In this document: piece by piece, positions 58,363-64,000 of the stretch | Layout of the letters: each line of letters begins with the position of its first letter | Position numbering within the stretch: the stretch's first letter is position 1 | Virus record (IMG/VR): IMGVR_UViG_3300025585_000037 | Direction: 5' to 3' (one strand) | Length of the DNA: 64,000 bases | Origin: a virus | Program-made: the position numbers and the translations under genes | Notes under the pieces: generated by a model | The model's database searches: none | What the model was told of the DNA's origin: nothing | Seen by the model: only the letters and a program-made list of their open reading frames with translations

Positions 58363-58593
58363 AAAATGAATAAAACAATCTTTAATGCACTAACCATTTT
58401 TGGATTAATTGGAATATTAATTATTTGGTCACTTAATCATGCTTACAAATGATACATATAGTAGAGTTTCTTTTAACTAATCAGGTGTCACTTTTCGTCA
58501 TTTGTTATCTGTTAATTGTAGTTCCAATCATTGGAATTATGGTTGTTCATCAAGATAAAAAGAACTAGTGTGCCACCTTTTAAATTGGCACTC

Positions 58594-58622
58594 TTGACAC
58601 GGAACTCTTTAACCCCTATAAT
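58594..58622 (+). promoter_or_regulatory. sigma70-type promoter
   Basis: Perfect TTGACA-17-TATAAT. Confidence 0.85.
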
Positions 58623-58645
58623 ACTAGAGTAAATCATTCAAAACA

Positions 58646-58861
58646 ATGTCTCTGATCCAAAAATTCAAGAAAGATGTTAGCACTCTTCGTTCTGCCGCTA
58701 ACGGTGAATTTTATCTTGATGTAAAAAATCCGAAACTTTATAAAAAGGTTCGCAAGTATTATCAAAATGAAGGCGTTATTTTTTCTGATGACCCTCTTGA
58801 TAATTATGATATTCTAATTGATTGTCTTATTCAAGATCTTGAATCGGTTGAGGTTGTCTAA
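58646..58861 (+). CDS. Conserved cyanophage hypothetical
   Basis: FYLDVKNPKLYKKVRKYYQNEGVIFS.DP.DNYDIL. Confidence 0.7.
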   Translation: MSLIQKFKKDVSTLRSAANGEFYLDVKNPKLYKKVRKYYQNEGVIFSDDPLDNYDILIDCLIQDLESVEVV

Positions 58862-58864
58862 CGG

Positions 58865-59098
58865 ATGTCAAAAACAAGTATCCTGAGGTATTTTGGGAAC
58901 TTTTTTCTTATAATTGGTTATCAAATCATGTTATGGGGAGATTTCAAATATGGTTTAATTTTAAAATGTATTGGAGGATTGCTTAGCATTCCTTTTGCAA
59001 TTAAACTTAAACTTTGGGATGTACTTTTCTTATGTGCTTTTTTTGGTATTACTGAAATCACAAAAGTTGTTCAACTCATTAGTCCTGGAATGACTTAA
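58865..59098 (+). CDS. Small multi-TM membrane protein
   Basis: Three hydrophobic segments in 77 aa. Confidence 0.65.
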   Translation: MSKTSILRYFGNFFLIIGYQIMLWGDFKYGLILKCIGGLLSIPFAIKLKLWDVLFLCAFFGITEITKVVQLISPGMT

Positions 59099-59157
59099 AA
59101 CTTATACTGGTGGAGTCAAGGTCTTGCCCTCGTCGTATGGGCATTATAAGTGACGAC

Positions 59158-59225
59158 TGGTGCGGATGGGAATCTCTCCCGCCTGGTTTCCAATTTCCAG
59201 TTAAAGAATTGGTGGCGAGCCTGCA
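59158..59225 (+). ncRNA. wcaG-like RNA motif
   Basis: TGGTGCGGATGGGAATCTCTCCCGCCTGGTTTCCAATTTCCAGTTAAAGAATTGGTGGCGAGCCTG recognised from memory as the cyanophage wcaG motif; sits upstream of an NAD-dependent epimerase as expected; needs Rfam confirmation. Confidence 0.7.
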
Positions 59226-59234
59226 ATACTGAGC

Positions 59235-59271
59235 AAGAGGGGTTGCAAAAACTCCTCTTTTTTAGTATAAT
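59235..59271 (+). terminator. Terminator with an embedded promoter
   Basis: aagagggg-ttgcaaaaa-ctcctctt followed by a T run; TTGCAA-17-TATAAT. Confidence 0.7.
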
Positions 59272-59301
59272 AGATTAAAAGTATGAAAGTAAAACATTTT
59301 T

Positions 59302-60321
59302 ATGAAACGAGTTTTAGTAACTGGCGGTGCGGGGTTTATAGCACACCATTTGGTTTCACAGATCCTTAAAACGACTGATTGGGAAATAGTTACTCTCGAT
59401 AGATTAGATTTTAGTGGAAATTTAAATCGCCTTCATGATATTTTACAAGACTTTTCGGAAAAGGATAAATCTAGAGTAAAAGTAGTTTTTCATGACTTAA
59501 AGGCAGCAATCAATCCTTTGATTGCTGCTGATATAGGTAAAGTAGATTATATTTTACATCTTGCTGCGGGATCTCATGTAGATAGAAGTATTGAATATCC
59601 TCTTGAATTTGTGATGGATAACGTTGTTGCAACATGCAATATTCTTGACTTTGCAAGAAATCTTGATCATTTGGAAAGATTTGTTTATTTTAGTACCGAT
59701 GAGGTTTTTGGACCTGCACCTAATGGAATTAAATATGAGGAGAATGATCGATATAATTCTACAAATCCTTATAGTGCCTCTAAAGCGGGTGGAGAAGAAC
59801 TTGCGGTAGCATTTGAAAATACTTATAAACTTCCAGTTTATATTACACATACAATGAATGTGTTTGGGCAAAGACAGCACCCCGAAAAATATATTCCAAT
59901 GTGTATTAGAAAAATTCGTGATGGTGAAACTATTACAATTCATAGTGATCCTACAAAAACTATTCCAGGGTCAAGACATTATATTCATGCTGAAGATGTT
60001 TCAGATGCACTTCTGTTCTTGCTGAATCAACCTACAATTAGTGAAAAGAATTGGGGTGATGCTAAGTGTCCTAAGTTTAATATTGTTGGTGCTGAAGAAT
60101 TGAATAATCTGGAATTAGCACAAATTATTGCAGATGCTCAAGGAAAAGAACTGAAGTATCAAATGATTGATTTTCATTCCGCACGTCCTGGACATGATCT
60201 TCGCTATGCACTCTCGGGTGAAAAGATGAAAAAAATGGGATGGGTTCCACAAGACATTAGAAGTAGAATTGCGGAAGTTGTGTCATGGACTCTTGCAAAT
60301 GAGAGGTGGATTAGAGTATAA
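59302..60321 (+). CDS. NAD-dependent dehydratase (dTDP-glucose 4,6-dehydratase, RfbB-like)
   Basis: GGAGFIA, HLAAGSHVDRSI, STDEVFG, YSASKA. Confidence 0.88.
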   Translation: MKRVLVTGGAGFIAHHLVSQILKTTDWEIVTLDRLDFSGNLNRLHDILQDFSEKDKSRVKVVFHDLKAAINPLIAADIGKVDYILHLAAGSHVDRSIEYPLEFVMDNVVATCNILDFARNLDHLERFVYFSTDEVFGPAPNGIKYEENDRYNSTNPYSASKAGGEELAVAFENTYKLPVYITHTMNVFGQRQHPEKYIPMCIRKIRDGETITIHSDPTKTIPGSRHYIHAEDVSDALLFLLNQPTISEKNWGDAKCPKFNIVGAEELNNLELAQIIADAQGKELKYQMIDFHSARPGHDLRYALSGEKMKKMGWVPQDIRSRIAEVVSWTLANERWIRV

Positions 60322-60347
60322 TATATAATTATAGAGTTTATGATTTT

Positions 60348-61400
60348 ATGAGTCAATATATCAAAAAGGCACTTGTACTTGGTGCTGGTGGTTTCATCGG
60401 AAGTCACATGGTTCGCAGACTACGTTCCGAAGGATACTGGGTTCGTGGTGTAGATCTTAAGTATCCAGAATATTCAAAGCACGAAGCAAATGAGTTTGTC
60501 CTTGGGGATCTCCGTGACGTAGATTTTGTTCGTCGTGTCATTGAATATAAGGGTGATCGCGGAAACTTTTATAATTCAGTTCCCTATCGCTATATTCAGG
60601 CGTTTGATGAGATCTATCAGTTTGCTGCTGATATGGGTGGTGCTGGGTTTGTATTCACTGGTGACAATGATGCCGACATCATGCATAACTCAGCAACGAT
60701 CAATCTGAATGTTCTTGAAATGCAACACCAGATGAATGAGCGTCTGGGTAAGAACAGCACCAAGATTTTCTATTCTGGATCTGCGTGTATGTATCCAGAG
60801 CATAATCAACTTGATCCTGATAATCCTGATTGCCGTGAAGAGTCAGCCTACCCCGCTAACCCAGATTCTGAATATGGTTGGGAGAAACTTTTCTCAGAGC
60901 GACTCTTTTTCGCTTATCATCGTAATTACGGGATTCCTGTACGGGTTGCTCGTTATCACAACATCTTTGGTCCTGAAGGAACCTGGGATGGTGGACGTGA
61001 AAAAGCACCCGCAGCAATCTGCCGTAAAGTAGCATATCTTCCAGAAGAGGGTGGTAGTATTGATGTTTGGGGTGATGGAAAGCAAACCCGCTCATTCCTT
61101 TATATTGATGAATGTATTGAAGCAACTCGTCGGATGATGGACTCCAACTTCATTGGTCCAGTTAACATTGGATCAGAAGAGATGGTGACAATTGATCAAC
61201 TGGTTGATACTGCCGCTAAAGTTGCTGGTAAGACCGTTGAAAAGAATCATATTCCTGGTCCTCTGGGTGTTCGTGGTCGTAACTCAAACAACGATCTGAT
61301 TCGCAAAGAACTTGGTTGGGATTATTCACAAACTCTGGAAGAGGGAATCCGTAAAACTTATTCATGGATTAGTGAGCAAATCAATGCGAAAAAAGTTTAA
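60348..61400 (+). CDS. NAD-dependent epimerase (GDP-mannose 3',5'-epimerase-like)
   Basis: GAGGFIG, QFAADMGGAGF, SACMYPE, YGWEK, REKAPAA. Confidence 0.85.
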   Translation: MSQYIKKALVLGAGGFIGSHMVRRLRSEGYWVRGVDLKYPEYSKHEANEFVLGDLRDVDFVRRVIEYKGDRGNFYNSVPYRYIQAFDEIYQFAADMGGAGFVFTGDNDADIMHNSATINLNVLEMQHQMNERLGKNSTKIFYSGSACMYPEHNQLDPDNPDCREESAYPANPDSEYGWEKLFSERLFFAYHRNYGIPVRVARYHNIFGPEGTWDGGREKAPAAICRKVAYLPEEGGSIDVWGDGKQTRSFLYIDECIEATRRMMDSNFIGPVNIGSEEMVTIDQLVDTAAKVAGKTVEKNHIPGPLGVRGRNSNNDLIRKELGWDYSQTLEEGIRKTYSWISEQINAKKV

Positions 61401-62187
61401 TTTAATCGGAGATACTTTTACTCATCTTACAAACGGGAATAAAGGATATTCTGTTCACGGTAAAGAGTCAAAGTATATTGAATGGGTCAAAGAAGGTGGA
61501 GAGTGTTCTTTTTATCTTGACAGCACTCTTCCCTATGCCTGGATGGATGATGCTCCAGAAGGTCCAAAGTATGCTTGGTTATTGGAGTCAAAATATATTA
61601 CTCCACAAATTGTTGATCAAGTTAAGATGTTTCCCGAAAAATATTTGGAAACATTTGATGCTATCTTTACACACAATCAAGAACTTTTAAAAATTGATCC
61701 CAAGTTCAAGTGGTGTCCTGCTCAAGGGTTTTGGATCAAAGAACCAAAGATCTATGAGAAATCAAAGATGATTTCTATGATTGCTTCAAACAAAAGAATG
61801 TGTGAAGGGCATAGACTTCGCCTTCAGTGGGTTGAAAGAATTGGAGATCAAGTAGATCTTTATGGGCGTGGATTCAATGAGATCGCTTTGAAAGAAGAAG
61901 GACTTTGTGATTATATGTTCTCGGTTGCGATTGAGAATGGTCAATATGAGACTTACTTTACGGAAAAACTTTTGGACTGCTTTGCCACAGGAACCATTCC
62001 TGTTTATCTTGGAGCACCAGACATTGGCAAATATTTTAATAAAGATGGTATAATTGATTTGACAGAAGAGTTTGATGTATCTGAAGACATTTACTATTCA
62101 AAGATGGATGCCATCAAAGAAAATTTAGAAAAAGCAAAAGAGATGGAAATCCTAGAAGACTTTATTTACCTTAATTACTTTAATTAA
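61384..62187 (+). CDS. Glycosyltransferase family 10-like
   Basis: YMFSVAIEN...YFTEKLLDCF..GTIPVY.G; start reset to ATG 61384. Confidence 0.75.
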   Translation: MRKKFNLIGDTFTHLTNGNKGYSVHGKESKYIEWVKEGGECSFYLDSTLPYAWMDDAPEGPKYAWLLESKYITPQIVDQVKMFPEKYLETFDAIFTHNQELLKIDPKFKWCPAQGFWIKEPKIYEKSKMISMIASNKRMCEGHRLRLQWVERIGDQVDLYGRGFNEIALKEEGLCDYMFSVAIENGQYETYFTEKLLDCFATGTIPVYLGAPDIGKYFNKDGIIDLTEEFDVSEDIYYSKMDAIKENLEKAKEMEILEDFIYLNYFN

Positions 62188-62188
62188 A

Positions 62189-62839
62189 ATGGGACAAATT
62201 TATCAGGCAATCAAACCAAAAGAAGTCATTGAGACTTTTGGTATTAAAAACTTTGTAGAGACTGGCACTGGAATTGCCGACAGTCTTTCGTATATTCTCA
62301 ATGTCCGTCCAGATGATCTCAATGTTTATACCATTGAGTTGATGGATGAACTTCATGCTAAGTTGGTAGAAAAGTTTGAGGGAACTCCTAATCTTCATCT
62401 CATCAAAGGATATAGTCATGTTGAGATGAAAACCATTCTGGAAACTCTGTCACCAGAACCAACTCTGTTCTGGCACGATGCTCATTTTCCTGGTGCTGAT
62501 TTTAATATCAACGGTGCTACTTATACTAGTGAACCAGATCCTACCAAGCGAATTCCTCTTGAGTCTGAACTAAGAGTCATCAAAGAAAGTGGTAGGGATA
62601 TTTCAAAGGACGTGTTTGTTCTTGATGATTTGAGAGTTTATAAGGATGGTCCTTATGAGGGTGGCAACTGGGATTTAAGGAACGTTGCTGGTGCCGATGG
62701 AATTGATTTTGTCTATGAGTTGTTTGATGAAACTCATGTTATAATTGAATCGTATATTGCTCAAGGGTTCTTGATTCTGTTCCCTGTTGATGCTGACCTT
62801 GAAGTTTGTAAAGATCTTATTGAAGGAGTTGTAAATTAA
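62189..62839 (+). CDS. Putative SAM-dependent methyltransferase-like protein
   Basis: FVETGTG, LFWHDAH, VLDDLR. Confidence 0.5.
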   Translation: MGQIYQAIKPKEVIETFGIKNFVETGTGIADSLSYILNVRPDDLNVYTIELMDELHAKLVEKFEGTPNLHLIKGYSHVEMKTILETLSPEPTLFWHDAHFPGADFNINGATYTSEPDPTKRIPLESELRVIKESGRDISKDVFVLDDLRVYKDGPYEGGNWDLRNVAGADGIDFVYELFDETHVIIESYIAQGFLILFPVDADLEVCKDLIEGVVN

Positions 62840-63816
62840 TGAAGTTTTTAATCACTGGAATCACTGGGTTTGCTGGTCCTCACTTGGCAAATCTTCTTCA
62901 TAGTGAAGGTCACGAAGTCTATGGTTTGATTCGTCGTACCAATGGTATGGAGACTGATATTCGTGACGTAGTGCCCGATGAAGTCTATAATTCAATTACC
63001 TTCCTCTATTCTGATCTCTGCAACTACCGCTCACTGCGTAATGTGTTTGAGAAGTATCAGTTTGATGGTGTCTTCCATCTAGCAGCACAGTCTCATCCTC
63101 CTTCTAGTTTCCGTGATCCGATTGGCACAATGGAAACTAATGTGATGGGTAGTGCTAATTTGATTCAGGTGATCGTGGATCATCAACCTGATTGTAAGTT
63201 GATGTTCTGCTCCACATCTGAAGTCTATGGCAACGTCGGTCAAGATGGTCGTAAGATTCATTGGGAAGATACGATTCTGCCTGCTAATCCTTATGGGGCA
63301 TCAAAGGCAGCAACTGATGTCTATCTTCAGGAACGTATGGAAAATGGATTCATCAAAGGATTCATCACTCGTGCTTTCTCCCACACTGGTCCCCGCCGAG
63401 GTAAGATCTTCTCCATCTCATCTGATGCCTATCAGATTGCCAGAATGATGAAGGGTCTTCAGGATCCTGTGCTGTTGGTTGGAAATCTTAACACAACCCG
63501 TGTTGTGATGGATGTTCGGGATACTGTTAGGGCTTATTATCTGGCAATGATTCATCCAGAGGTCACTAATCACATCTTCAATATCTGTGGAGATACTCCT
63601 CGTAAAATGCAGTTCTTCACCGATAAGTTGATTGAACTGTCTGGTCTGAATCATGTGGAGCAAAAGATTCATGAACCTTTCTGGCGTCCTCATGAGATCT
63701 ATTACCAGCACGGTGATTCTACCAATCTTGTAGAACTCACTGGATTCAAGGAAGAGTATGATATTGATACGACTCTGAATGATCTTCTCAAGTATTGGTA
63801 CGACAAGATTAACTGA
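62839..63816 (+). CDS. GDP-mannose 4,6-dehydratase / Rmd-like SDR
   Basis: GITGFAG, HLAAQSH..SSF.DP, STSEVYG, YGASK. Confidence 0.85.
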   Translation: MKFLITGITGFAGPHLANLLHSEGHEVYGLIRRTNGMETDIRDVVPDEVYNSITFLYSDLCNYRSLRNVFEKYQFDGVFHLAAQSHPPSSFRDPIGTMETNVMGSANLIQVIVDHQPDCKLMFCSTSEVYGNVGQDGRKIHWEDTILPANPYGASKAATDVYLQERMENGFIKGFITRAFSHTGPRRGKIFSISSDAYQIARMMKGLQDPVLLVGNLNTTRVVMDVRDTVRAYYLAMIHPEVTNHIFNICGDTPRKMQFFTDKLIELSGLNHVEQKIHEPFWRPHEIYYQHGDSTNLVELTGFKEEYDIDTTLNDLLKYWYDKIN

Positions 63817-64000
63817 TGAATATCATTATTGATCAACCAGGAGGACTGGGTGACATTTTCTTTATTCAGAAAATAGCAACAGTATTATCTCAAGAACATA
63901 CTGTCTATCATCCAGTTACCCCTTCCTGCTGGTCTGCTGGCGTAGACCAGATGATTACTAATTCCCATATTGGTGCTCAAGGACAACTCCAACTTCCTTC
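63816..64000 (+). CDS. Partial ORF, probable glycosyltransferase (runs off the window)
   Basis: MNIIIDQPGGLGDIFF (GxGD motif of GT-B enzymes); ATGA overlap. Confidence 0.5.
   Translation, partial: MNIIIDQPGGLGDIFFIQKIATVLSQEHTVYHPVTPSCWSAGVDQMITNSHIGAQGQLQLP

Noticed and set aside
647-64000. Alternative genetic code or stop-codon reassignment
   Set aside because: Core genes are full length in the standard code and end in TAA, TGA and TAG; no suppressor tRNA found

Overview
A 64-kb slice of an AT-rich T4-like cyanophage (Kyanoviridae-like myovirus). In order it carries: head morphogenesis genes (g21, g22, g23), g3, uvsY/uvsW, g55, g47/g46, a vWA plus MoxR-AAA (CobT/CobS-like) pair, the replisome (g45, g44, g62, regA, g43, uvsX, g41, g61), hsp20, mazG, nrdA/nrdB, a cluster of large late low-complexity proteins, a lysis-type region, a minus-strand operon of signal-peptide proteins, a tRNA/ncRNA island with homing endonucleases, host-interaction genes (small beta-barrel, pstS, dps) and the start of a nucleotide-sugar/glycosyltransferase operon headed by a wcaG-like RNA. 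The strongest candidate for an undescribed system is a dispersed family of late-promoter genes. They are built from shared acidic modules ending in (I/L/V/F)-x-E, the T4 gp21 prohead-protease signature, alternating with variable basic low-complexity cargo, and some carry T4-like capsid-targeting N-termini. Other leads are a 19-bp operator-like motif before five sigma70-type promoters, divergent antisense promoters, several candidate structured RNAs and a non-canonical His-like tRNA. All family assignments are motif recognition by eye; no database search or folding program was run.
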